64,000 nt of DNA from Candidatus Obscuribacteraceae bacterium (GTDB taxonomy: Bacteria; Cyanobacteriota; Vampirovibrionia; Obscuribacterales; Obscuribacteraceae): the NCBI GenBank assembly GCA_044226015.1, contig JBGAHS010000003.1:96001-160000 (forward strand), written 5' to 3'. A program made the position numbers and the translations under genes. Of the stretch, positions 18,823-27,843 are shown piece by piece. The notes under the pieces were generated by a model. It made no database searches, was not told the DNA's origin, and saw nothing but the letters and a program-made list of their open reading frames with translations. Position 1 is the first letter of the stretch, and every line of letters starts with the position of its first letter.

Positions 18823-19297
18823 TTTCGCCCTCCTGCAGACAGATCGTAAGCCACTATTGATGCGAAACGCATCGAAAACGACGAGCAACTTTATCGGCTC
18901 GCGTTATTTTATCGCCCCTTCTATTGAAGACGTTCGCTAAATCCAAAAAGTTCAACGAAAAAAACGGAATTTAAGGATTTAATCGAGACGAAGAAAAACC
19001 GCACAGATAGCCGTCGAATATACGGCAGGGATCGCGGGAATATCTCGCCGCTCCTCCAAGAGGCACTGATCATCAGGAAGGAGCTCCAAAAGCTATACAA
19101 ACACCCACCAGGAGATATCCCCAAAACCTTGATGTCAAGCCGGTTTCGAAGGTTCTAGCAGGGGAACAATATAGTCAGAAAAGGGTCATAGATGAGTAGA
19201 AGAGAACGAATTTAAATTGACGTAGTTGCCTGTCATGCCGTATATTAGTATGACATACAAAAGTTTGGTATCACAAGAAGCACGGGGGGGACGGATA

Positions 19298-20104
19298 ATG
19301 GACCGCACCTTATTTACGCCTGCCATGATTGAAACCTTTAGAGTCTGCAGACGTGCATACGAACTGGCTTTTCTCAAAACGAGAGAAGGCGGCACGATGA
19401 AATTGAGCACGATCTGCAAGCGATTCCTATTAAAAGCAATCGCGGAAGTTAATCGCGGCCGAATTAAAAACCCAAACGAAGCCCAACGATATATAGGACA
19501 GCAGTGGAATTCACTAAAAATTGAAAGCAATGCTCCTGAAGATCTGCAAAACAAGAGCGTGCAAGCTTTCCGTTTTTCATACCGCGCCCTGCTGAGCTAC
19601 GTTTCCCATCCATATAGACCAGCAGAAACCGAAATAGTCGCAGTAAATACAACAATGAGAGCTAGAGTCCCTCATGCAGGTGTTTATCTGGAAGACGTTT
19701 TTGACCTTATCCTCTGGCACCCACAAGACAAGACGCTGGAGATAGTGGACTACCATCTTAATCCTTTGAAATCATTTGACCCAGCATGGCCTGCGCCATC
19801 TATTCTCATCAAGCAATTTCTTTGCGAAAAGCTCAGGAGTAGACTTCCATTCGAACGAATCAAACTGACTTTCGTTCACATTCAATCGCAAGGTCAAGGA
19901 ATTCATAGCATCGAACTCGATGAGTCTGTATATCGACTGCACTGGCCTAGCATCGTTGATACCCTCGGCGAGATGAAAAGCGCAAAGGAATTTCCACCGC
20001 ACGTCAGCGAAGTTTGCAAGCGCTGCGAACTTCTTTCACCATGCCAGAGCATGGGCACATTCACTGGTGAGCCCCGCAATGACGTGGTTTATCGCAGCGC
20101 CTGA
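19298..20104 (+). CDS. PD-(D/E)XK (RecB/AddB/Cas4-like) nuclease-fold protein with Fe-S cysteines and degenerate active site
   Basis: N-terminal F..CRR.Y, central FDLI...TLEIVDYHL, C-terminal CKRC.....C. Confidence 0.7.
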   Translation: MDRTLFTPAMIETFRVCRRAYELAFLKTREGGTMKLSTICKRFLLKAIAEVNRGRIKNPNEAQRYIGQQWNSLKIESNAPEDLQNKSVQAFRFSYRALLSYVSHPYRPAETEIVAVNTTMRARVPHAGVYLEDVFDLILWHPQDKTLEIVDYHLNPLKSFDPAWPAPSILIKQFLCEKLRSRLPFERIKLTFVHIQSQGQGIHSIELDESVYRLHWPSIVDTLGEMKSAKEFPPHVSEVCKRCELLSPCQSMGTFTGEPRNDVVYRSA

Positions 20105-20136
20105 GTCAAACTAATTTTTAGACGGAATGGTAAGAG

Positions 20137-20170
20137 GACGCCGCACTTTCTTTCAGAGAGTGCGGCGTTT
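20137..20170 (+). terminator. Intrinsic terminator
   Basis: gacgccgcactttc-tttca-gagagtgcggcgttt. Confidence 0.7.
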
Positions 20171-20189
20171 GTGTATGAGATTGCCAAAT

Positions 20190-20204
20190 TGAAAATCACT
20201 AGCA
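20190..20204. promoter_or_regulatory. Candidate Fur-family box upstream of the ferritin-like gene
   Basis: TGAAAATCACTAGCA, an 11/14 match to the 7-1-7 TGATAAT-N-ATTATCA. Confidence 0.3.
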
Positions 20205-20423
20205 ACAAGAAAGAATCGAGCTGCAATGCCCATTCCACTTGTCATGCCGAAAATGCGAAGCCGTGAAAATTCGAGCATTGTATTGGTATATAATCAGTTT
20301 CCTTCAACTGGCTTTAAGCCAGAAGCCAGGCTGAGTCAGCCTGGAGTCGTATTTAGAAGATTTTTTGAGTCGCTAAAAGAGACTTGATGACGAGTATTCG
20401 CCTTTACAGGAGAGACAAGCGAA

Positions 20424-20861
20424 ATGGACAAGCAAAAAGTATTGGAAGCCCTCAATTTGGACCTGGAGCATGAAATGTCGGCGATTGTCCGATACTTGCA
20501 CCATTCATTCATCGTTACCGGACCAACCAGAGGACCACTCGTTGGTATGTTTAGAGCTCAAGCCAACGACTCAATGCAGCACGCAATCATGCTCGGCGAA
20601 AAAATCGTTGCTCTGGGCGGGCACCCATCAGTAAAAATCCAGGAAGTGTACGAGCCAGGCGAACAAACAATTGAACAAATGCTTGAAGAAGACCTGGAGA
20701 TGGAAAAGCACCACGTCGGCATGTACGAAAAGCAACTTCAACTCGTTCAAGACAATACAGCACTAAAACTGATGATTGAACAAATTATTGTTGAAGAAAC
20801 AACGCACGTTGAACAGCTCGAAATGTACCTCGGACCTAGAAGAGCAATGGCCAAAGTATAG
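20424..20861 (+). CDS. Ferritin-like / bacterioferritin-family protein
   Basis: LN.DL.HE.SAI..YL.H, HA..LGEKIVALGG.P, DLE.E, I..EE..H ferroxidase-type motifs; RBS aggag. Confidence 0.88.
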   Translation: MDKQKVLEALNLDLEHEMSAIVRYLHHSFIVTGPTRGPLVGMFRAQANDSMQHAIMLGEKIVALGGHPSVKIQEVYEPGEQTIEQMLEEDLEMEKHHVGMYEKQLQLVQDNTALKLMIEQIIVEETTHVEQLEMYLGPRRAMAKV

Positions 20862-20880
20862 TTGATTTGAAAACATCTGG

Positions 20881-20919
20881 TGTTGAGGTGAATTTCGATT
20901 TGCCTCAACACTTTATTTT
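20881..20919 (+). terminator. Hairpin / probable terminator between the ferritin-like gene and hutI
   Basis: tgttgaggtgaat-ttcg-atttgcctcaaca followed by ctttatttt. Confidence 0.6.
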
Positions 20920-20924
20920 AGGAG

Positions 20925-22250
20925 ATGGACAGAATGAGCGCTAAAGCAAGAACTAAAGTGGATTTGATCGTGCATCCAATTGCTGAGATGGTTACTGCAA
21001 TTGCGTCCGACGAGCCACTGCACGGCGCCGAAATGTCCAATCTCACACGCATAAAAAATGCTGCAATTGCAGTAAACAACGGGGTATTTGTTCACTGCGG
21101 TGAAGCAGATGAGGTACTACAGGCGGTAGAACTAAAAGATGGTGGCAGAAAAATTGACGCTTCCGACAAAGTGGTTTTGCCAGGGTTTGTAGATCCACAC
21201 ACTCACCTCGTATTTGCAGGAAACCGCGCAAACGAGTTTTTGATGCGCTGCCAGGGCAGAAGCTATCAAGAAATAGCTAAAGCTGGTGGTGGCATCGTTG
21301 CAAGCATGAATGCTACTCGCACAGCCACCGTCGAGCAACTTATTGAAAGCGGAAAGAAAAGGCTGCAAAAAATGTTGGCTCATGGCACCACAACTTGCGA
21401 AGTAAAAACGGGCTATGGCTTAAGTTCAGATAGCGAACTAAATATGATGCGTGCCATCTTCAAGCTTTCAAAAGCACAGCCACTAGAGTTGGTGCCAACC
21501 TTCATGCCGGCGCATGCGTTTCCACCAGACCATGAGCGCGGTGAGTATCTGCGCTCTATAAAGCAAGATATGCTACCGGCGCTCTCAAAGATGGTGAAGG
21601 AAGAGAATATATCCGATACCGTTTATCAGGATGCATTTTGTGATGAAGGTTATTTCACACTTGCTGAAACGCGCGACATATTGCAAGAAGGATTGAAGTA
21701 TGGCTTCCACCCCAAGGTGCATGCTGATGAGTTTGTAAATCTTGGCGCTTCGTCCATGGCGGTCGAGCTAAAAGCCGCTAGCGCAGACCACCTTTTGAAT
21801 ATTTCTGCCTCTGAAATCGCACTTATGGCTGCCTCAGATACGGTGGCAGTCCTTTTGCCGGGCACGTCCTTTTTCCTCAACCTGAAAGAGCATGCAGCAG
21901 CAAGAGCTATGGTCGATGCAGGGGTCGCCGTAGCTATTGGAACGGACTACAATCCAGGCTCATGCCACATCTATTCCATGCCATTCATTATCGGACTGGC
22001 ATGCCTTCACCTCAAACTCACACTTGCCGAAGCAATATGCGCGGCGACAGTAAACTCGGCCTTCGCTCTCGGAAGAGGAAAAACGATCGGACAGCTGAAA
22101 TCTCAATACCAGGCTGACTTCCTGGTGCTCGACATCTCTAGCGTCGAAGAGCTTCCTTACAACATGACTGCAAATCCAGTGTCCATGGTCTTCAAAAAAG
22201 GAGAACTCGTGGCACCATATTTGGGGCGCACCACCGCTGATGCCATTTAA
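20925..22250 (+). CDS. hutI: Imidazolonepropionase
   Basis: PGFVDPHTHLVFAGNRANEF, GGGI, GTTTCEVKTGYGL, KVHADE, SADHL, LLPGT, GTDYNPGS. Confidence 0.96.
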   Translation: MDRMSAKARTKVDLIVHPIAEMVTAIASDEPLHGAEMSNLTRIKNAAIAVNNGVFVHCGEADEVLQAVELKDGGRKIDASDKVVLPGFVDPHTHLVFAGNRANEFLMRCQGRSYQEIAKAGGGIVASMNATRTATVEQLIESGKKRLQKMLAHGTTTCEVKTGYGLSSDSELNMMRAIFKLSKAQPLELVPTFMPAHAFPPDHERGEYLRSIKQDMLPALSKMVKEENISDTVYQDAFCDEGYFTLAETRDILQEGLKYGFHPKVHADEFVNLGASSMAVELKAASADHLLNISASEIALMAASDTVAVLLPGTSFFLNLKEHAAARAMVDAGVAVAIGTDYNPGSCHIYSMPFIIGLACLHLKLTLAEAICAATVNSAFALGRGKTIGQLKSQYQADFLVLDISSVEELPYNMTANPVSMVFKKGELVAPYLGRTTADAI

Positions 22251-22498
22251 GTTCTAATCTTTTTCCCAAAAGACGCTTTACTATCCTTATCAGACATAGC
22301 TATATATGTATTAAGGCCCGTTGCGAGATCTAACAGTTCTCACATTCGCACTTTAAAGAATCGATGCAATCTTTTTTCGATTTACCGTTTACTATTTTCC
22401 GCCATTAGATATAATTTTTAGCAACGCCACCACTGGCGGGGACCATTTCGTTTTAGCAACACGAACTCCACTCATCTAATCCATGAGGATTTTCCTTC

Positions 22499-22921
22499 AT
22501 GCCCGAAGCAAATCGCAAACAGAACCAACCTCAAAGCTCTGATCTCGAAATGAGCGGATTCGAAACTTTATTTCAGAATCCTGAAACAGAGCAAAAGAGT
22601 TCAGAAGAAGGTGCCACTGCCACCGGTGATTCATATCTCAACGGACAACTGGCAAAACTCATCGAGACAATGAGCCAACTTCTCACTTTCAATGTAGACC
22701 AGCGTGTCGAAACAGCACGTATTTCTAGTCAATTGATTGAAAACCAACGCCAACTAGTAGCTACGCAACAGATATTGATCAGATTGATGGAACGCTCCAT
22801 TGAACTGACAAGACACATCACCGCAATCGAAGAAAAATTGCCTGCGGTATTCGAATTGCCTGCGATGGTTGAGCAACTCAGAGAGAAAATGGCTTACGTC
22901 GAAAACGTAGAAATAGACTAA
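22499..22921 (+). CDS. Hypothetical coiled-coil protein
   Basis: 140-aa ORF with heptad pattern, RBS gagga, followed by a hairpin. Confidence 0.7.
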   Translation: MPEANRKQNQPQSSDLEMSGFETLFQNPETEQKSSEEGATATGDSYLNGQLAKLIETMSQLLTFNVDQRVETARISSQLIENQRQLVATQQILIRLMERSIELTRHITAIEEKLPAVFELPAMVEQLREKMAYVENVEID

Positions 22922-22938
22922 TTTCTGAATAACTTACT

Positions 22939-22977
22939 AATGCATAGCTGGATGACAACATCCGGCTATTTGCATTT
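22939..22977 (+). terminator. Probable terminator hairpin
   Basis: aatgcatagctggatg-acaa-catccggctatttgcatt. Confidence 0.55.
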
Positions 22978-23112
22978 GCAACCCACGGTTAAATCGACGA
23001 AAAAGCCAGGCTAGATGTGGGAATCCTCCCACCACCTTTATTGCTAATCACACGACTATGGATATATCCTAGTGATGTCGAGAGCATCCTCGCGGCCGGA
23101 GCCAATCCAGAA

Positions 23113-23916
23113 ATGAGTCACTACGACCCACAAAAGTCTCAAAAGCTATACCAGCAAGCACCTGTCAAGAATGAGGGTCCAATTTTCTCCCTGAACGCCA
23201 AGAAAAATGGCAATAAATTCATGTCGCATTTATTGGGACTGGACCACGAAGAACAGAACTCTAAGGTAGCTCCTCAAAACGTTTTCAAGGGAATCAAGAT
23301 TTCTGACCTCTTCCAGGGAATCAAAATCACCCCGAATTTTCTTTTCCTCTGCCTCTTCATGGGACTCTTCTTCTGGTTATTCGTCATTTATTGGGTCCGC
23401 CATCACGAGCCACTTGCCAACCAGGTGCTTGGAACCCCCAAGGTAGACCCACAAAGAGCAGCCATCGACATGAAGCTTGTCGCTGGAGTTAAGCAGGCGT
23501 TCCCAGTTCAGACTTCTTCCACTACCGGTGAGATATACGTCCCCGGAAGCCCCGTAGCCGCTTACCAAAGTCAAGAAAAGAATAGCGCCCCTCCAGCCCA
23601 GACCGCTGCAGGGCAAAATACATCGCCGCAATCACCTGATGGCACTCAATTTGCGGCAACAACACCGAACACTCCGGCTGTGCTTGCCCAGGCACAGGCT
23701 CAATCGGCCTACGTTGCAGCGCCGGCTCAAACTGGATATCCGGCAGGAACAATGTCCTCGTCTGCATTGAACCCACAAATGCAGTATTCCCATTATGGTG
23801 CGATGCAACAGAATTACGCAGCCATGAGCAGTATGCCAGGCCGCCACGGCTCGTACATAATCGGAATTCAAACAGAGACGGGCAATACGAGAGCTCGGAC
23901 AGTAGTCTCTCGTTAA
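23113..23916 (+). CDS. Single-pass membrane hypothetical protein with low-complexity Ala/Gln/Pro region
   Basis: TM segment FLFLCLFMGLFFWLFVIYW; first ATG at 23113. Confidence 0.7.
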   Translation: MSHYDPQKSQKLYQQAPVKNEGPIFSLNAKKNGNKFMSHLLGLDHEEQNSKVAPQNVFKGIKISDLFQGIKITPNFLFLCLFMGLFFWLFVIYWVRHHEPLANQVLGTPKVDPQRAAIDMKLVAGVKQAFPVQTSSTTGEIYVPGSPVAAYQSQEKNSAPPAQTAAGQNTSPQSPDGTQFAATTPNTPAVLAQAQAQSAYVAAPAQTGYPAGTMSSSALNPQMQYSHYGAMQQNYAAMSSMPGRHGSYIIGIQTETGNTRARTVVSR

Positions 23917-24183
23917 AACTGGAAAGCCCTACCTCTATTAAGCATTTTTGCAAGCAATTGATCTCGATTTGCTGACATGCAGTCGCAGCTTTACATCTGC
24001 GTCAGGTCCCAGAAGCCTTGCAGCCACGTGGTTCCAATAACTGTAGCCATTGCAAGTCTACTAAGAAGCTATACGATGGATGTCTAAGGCTTTCTTACAG
24101 CATAAATTCTGGGCTAACCCTGAGTTAAAATGTGCTCTGGCAATTTAGAAATTAGTAGTAGGCCGGAATCTAAGAGTTATCAA

Positions 24184-25170
24184 ATGGACGTATTCGACAT
24201 AACAATTATTGGCGCAGGACCGACAGGACAATTCGGAAGTTTCTATGCTGGCTTGAGAGGACTCAAGACCAAAGTAGTAGATGTTCTGTCAGAAATGGGC
24301 GGGCAGCTCACAGCTCTCTACCCAGAGAAGTTTGTATACGATGTGGCTGGACACCCCAAAATTTTGGCGAAAGACCTAGCTAAGAATCTTTCGACCCAAG
24401 CCCAGCTATTCAAACAATCCATTTGCCTCGGTGAGAAAGTTACCCAAATGGAAAGAATGGAAGATGGCGTCTGGAAAATATCCACAGACGTTAAGGCAGA
24501 GCACTATACCAAGACAGTTCTTCTGGCTTTGGGTGCAGGCGCTTGCGTTCCAAAGAAACTGGATGTTGACTATCCGACCGAATTTGAAAACAAGAGCATT
24601 TTTTACGCTGTGAAGAACAAAGAACAGTTCCGCGGCAAGAATGTACTCATCATCGGTGGTGGCGACTCCGCTGTTGACTGGGCAAACGAATTCTCGCAAT
24701 TCGCAAAAGTCACCTTGATTCACCGCAGAGATGGTTTCCGCGCTGTGCAAACATCTGTTGAAGAAATGAAGCGCAGTAACGTTGACATCAAAGTCTTCTA
24801 TGAACTCAAGCAAGTAATGGGCAAGGACAAAGTCGAAGGCGCTGTGATTTTCGATAACCGCAGTGGCAAAGAGGAAACACTCCAAATAGATGCAATCCTC
24901 ATCAACATCGGCTTCGTTATCAATCTCGATTTCTTGAAATCGTGGGGACTGAATATGGAAGGCAATGCAATTGCTGTAAACGAAAAAATGGAAACAAATC
25001 TCCCTGGCGTTTACGCTGCTGGCGATATTTGCACCCATCCAGCTAAGCTCAAATTGATCGCAACCGGCGCTTCAGAAGCGGCTACAGCTGTCAACTTTGC
25101 AGCAACGTTCATCAACCCAACAGCAAAAGCGTTCCCGGGACACAGCTCAAACCTCAATCTCAGCATTTAG
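24184..25170 (+). CDS. Ferredoxin--NADP(+) reductase, thioredoxin-reductase-like (YumC type)
   Basis: DITIIGAGP.G, GGQL.ALYPEK.VYDVAG, IGGGDSAVDWA, HRRD.FRA, GD....AKLKLIATG..EA, C-terminal GHSS; no CxxC. Confidence 0.92.
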   Translation: MDVFDITIIGAGPTGQFGSFYAGLRGLKTKVVDVLSEMGGQLTALYPEKFVYDVAGHPKILAKDLAKNLSTQAQLFKQSICLGEKVTQMERMEDGVWKISTDVKAEHYTKTVLLALGAGACVPKKLDVDYPTEFENKSIFYAVKNKEQFRGKNVLIIGGGDSAVDWANEFSQFAKVTLIHRRDGFRAVQTSVEEMKRSNVDIKVFYELKQVMGKDKVEGAVIFDNRSGKEETLQIDAILINIGFVINLDFLKSWGLNMEGNAIAVNEKMETNLPGVYAAGDICTHPAKLKLIATGASEAATAVNFAATFINPTAKAFPGHSSNLNLSI

Positions 25171-25190
25171 TTGAGACATAAACTCATCTG

Positions 25191-25224
25191 GCCAGACTAA
25201 GTATTTGTGCTTAGTCTGGCTTTT
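25191..25224 (+). terminator. Intrinsic terminator
   Basis: gccagactaag-tatttgtg-cttagtctggc-tttt. Confidence 0.75.
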
Positions 25225-25321
25225 CATGCGCCGGAGATGAGAGAAATCCACTGGGTTTCTTTCGCAGTTCAAGATATAACGTAGCAAGGAGCCTTCGTGC
25301 CCATGCTACTCGGAGAAGATT

Positions 25322-25888
25322 ATGTCTATTCTTGTTGATCACGAAATTAAAGCAGAAATCGAATCAGGCAAATTGGTCATCGAACCTTACGAAGAGAGTT
25401 TGATTCAACCAAACTCCTACGATGTTCGGCTTGAAGATCGCTTCGGTTGGCACGAACGCTCAGAAGAAGTGATTGACCCTTACAAATGCGAAACCGTCCT
25501 TGCCAACGTGGTTCATGTACAAGGCGAGAGCATCCTCATTCATCCAAACCAATTTATTTTGGGAGCAACTCTGGAGAAATTCACTCTCCCTCGAGACATC
25601 GTAGGGCAGCTTACAGGGAAGTCGTCACTGGCAAGATTGGGCGTGATGGTGCATGTCACTGCAGGATTCATCGACGCAGGTTTCAGCCATCCACCGGCAC
25701 AAATCACCCTCGAAATAGTAAATGTAGGAAATAGACCTGTCAGATTACATGCTGGAATGCCAATCGGGCAGATGGTCTTCACTCGCACCGCAGAATGCAA
25801 AGTTGCCTATAATGAAAAACCGGGTTCAAAATACAACGGACAGCCAGCCGCAGCGCACAGCCGTTATTACATGAACTCCCGCGGCTAG
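25322..25888 (+). CDS. dcd: dCTP deaminase
   Basis: IQPNSYDVRL, GKSSLARLG..VH.TAGFIDAGF...QITLEI.N, IGQMVF, SKY.GQ. Confidence 0.95.
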   Translation: MSILVDHEIKAEIESGKLVIEPYEESLIQPNSYDVRLEDRFGWHERSEEVIDPYKCETVLANVVHVQGESILIHPNQFILGATLEKFTLPRDIVGQLTGKSSLARLGVMVHVTAGFIDAGFSHPPAQITLEIVNVGNRPVRLHAGMPIGQMVFTRTAECKVAYNEKPGSKYNGQPAAAHSRYYMNSRG

Positions 25889-26002
25889 AGCCTTCGAAGT
25901 AAACGACGATCAGTATATTAAGTCGACCGCAATCTAAAAGAGCCCCCGATCTTCCTGTATCATCAGCATGTCTGGGGCTTACTCTTTAATACAGGTGAAC
26001 TT

Positions 26003-26974
26003 ATGACTGAAGATCAAACGAATGCTGACTCCAAATCAACATCTGATTCAAATCAATCACTCAGACAAAATGAAGAAGCCGCCAAAGAAAGCACCAGGGT
26101 CGAGCCTCAGAAGAAAAACAAAAGCGCAAAAAGCATCGTCATCAGGGAATTTACCAAACTTGGCATTTATGTAGCCATCTTCTACGTGCTTTGTGGACTG
26201 CTTATTAAATTCAGCCCTGCCGTGGAATTCATTTTGCTCAGACCACAAGGAAAGAATGCATTCTACGAAGCAAAAATCGACAAGCAAGAGGTCAGTTTCG
26301 ACAACGGACACGGGGACAAACTCAACGGCTGGCTGTTCAAAGTTCCTGAATCGAAATTTGTAGTCCTGGTAAATCATGGAAATGCAGGAAACCTGATCAA
26401 CAGATTGCTAATCGCGCGAGATATAAAGCAACTTGGCTTTTCTGTTTTCCTGTATGACTACAGAGGCTATGGTGCAAGCACCGGCAAACCAACACCGAAT
26501 GGTCTCTATGAAGATGGGCTGGCTGCCTACGATTACGTCAATAAAGAGCTGGGATACAAGCCAGAACAAATCGTCATTTATGGCGAATCAATAGGCACTG
26601 GTGTTACATGCAGGGTAGCAAAAGAACGCCCTTACGCAGGTTTGATCTTGCAATCTGCACTGAGCTCATTGCCCGACGTTGCAAGAGATGGCATAGTGTG
26701 GTTTCGCGCTTACCCTGATTTTGTATTTCCAGAACCGCACTATTCATCAATATCAATTATCAAAGAACTCAAAGGACCAATCTTGTTTATTCATGGCGAA
26801 AACGACAAGATGGTACCCGCAGCGCATTCGAAAAAGATGTTTGAGTTAGCACAAGAACCCAAACAGATCGTGCTTCTGCCTCACGCTGGTCACAACGATG
26901 TTCAAGACCAGGACGAAGGTCTTTTTTATGCAGGTCTGAAAAGCTTCTTGACGAGCACAAAAGCTGGTTCCTAG
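26003..26974 (+). CDS. Membrane-anchored alpha/beta hydrolase (ABHD13/BEM46-like)
   Basis: HGNAGNL, YDYRGYG.S.G.P, YGESIG (nucleophile), IHG..D..VP..HS, GHND. Confidence 0.92.
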   Translation: MTEDQTNADSKSTSDSNQSLRQNEEAAKESTRVEPQKKNKSAKSIVIREFTKLGIYVAIFYVLCGLLIKFSPAVEFILLRPQGKNAFYEAKIDKQEVSFDNGHGDKLNGWLFKVPESKFVVLVNHGNAGNLINRLLIARDIKQLGFSVFLYDYRGYGASTGKPTPNGLYEDGLAAYDYVNKELGYKPEQIVIYGESIGTGVTCRVAKERPYAGLILQSALSSLPDVARDGIVWFRAYPDFVFPEPHYSSISIIKELKGPILFIHGENDKMVPAAHSKKMFELAQEPKQIVLLPHAGHNDVQDQDEGLFYAGLKSFLTSTKAGS

Positions 26975-27232
26975 AAAAAAGGAAAAAAAATCCAGCGAAC
27001 TTCGCAGAAGCCAAAAACGAAGCAGACACCACATACGGTGCAGCTACCTGCTAACACAAGTTACAAAGCACCACGCAGATAGATTGCGAATAATCATTTC
27101 CAACAATGCAAGCGCGGGCGTCCTGGCCACCATCAAGAACCGCTCGCTACGATTACCAAGCCATACAGGTACTCGAAACGAGCGCAGCATTGCGCCACCA
27201 AAAACGATACCACTCAAAACCATCATCGAAAC

Positions 27233-27278
27233 TGAAAACCGTTACCAAAACAGGTATCTGAAATGAAAACGATTGCCA
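27233..27278. promoter_or_regulatory. Two candidate Fur/Zur-family boxes, 31 bp apart
   Basis: TGAAAACCGTTACCA (27233-27247) and TGAAAACGATTGCCA (27264-27278), upstream of the His/Cys-rich gene. Confidence 0.35.
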
Positions 27279-27440
27279 TCCCTTCACAAAACTTTTTCAC
27301 GATACAACCAGCAGTGCTTATGGAATCGGCTTTTACGGAAGCCATTAAACAAAGTCAGTTCATGCAAATTGACTTTCAGCACTATTAAAAGTAAAACAGT
27401 GAATATCCTATTTGAACCCCCTCTGCAGGAGTCACATGCA

Positions 27441-27785
27441 ATGAGCTGTACATCACACGGTGACCATACCCATAAACATGGAGCTGGTTGTGGACACAAA
27501 GCAATAAACCACGAAGGTCACGTTGATTACCTTCACGACGACCACATGCATCACGTTCATGGCGATCACGTTGACTGCCACAAAATTTCAGATTCAGAAG
27601 CTAATAAGAGCGCCTGCACTCCCGAGCACAAATGCCAGGGACATGATAACGAGCATAAGCATGGTGCCGGATGCGGACACGAGTCAGTTCCACACGGCGA
27701 CCACACATGCTATATCGTGGAAGGCCACTTGCACAGACCCTGCGGAACGCACTGCGATCACCACGGCGAAGTCTCGCTCGCATAG
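27441..27785 (+). CDS. His/Cys-rich putative metal-binding protein (114 aa, two internal repeats)
   Basis: 26 His and 9 Cys; duplicated HKHGAGCGH...H..H..Y....H.H.....H..; RBS aggag upstream. Confidence 0.85.
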   Translation: MSCTSHGDHTHKHGAGCGHKAINHEGHVDYLHDDHMHHVHGDHVDCHKISDSEANKSACTPEHKCQGHDNEHKHGAGCGHESVPHGDHTCYIVEGHLHRPCGTHCDHHGEVSLA

Positions 27786-27803
27786 ACTAAAAAAAATATA
27801 GAA

Positions 27804-27843
27804 CAAAAAAAAACGCCCCGACTCTCGGAGCGTTTTTTTGTTC
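27804..27843. terminator. Bidirectional intrinsic terminator
   Basis: aaaaaaaaacgccccga-ctc-tcggagcgtttttttg between convergent genes. Confidence 0.8.

Noticed and set aside
19298..20104. cas4 call
   Set aside because: No cas1/cas2 or array nearby, and the motifs fit a generic RecB-family protein.
24406..25038. Long antisense ORFs (for example 24406..25038, 32683..33291, 50320..50886)
   Set aside because: Shadows of well-supported genes on the opposite strand.
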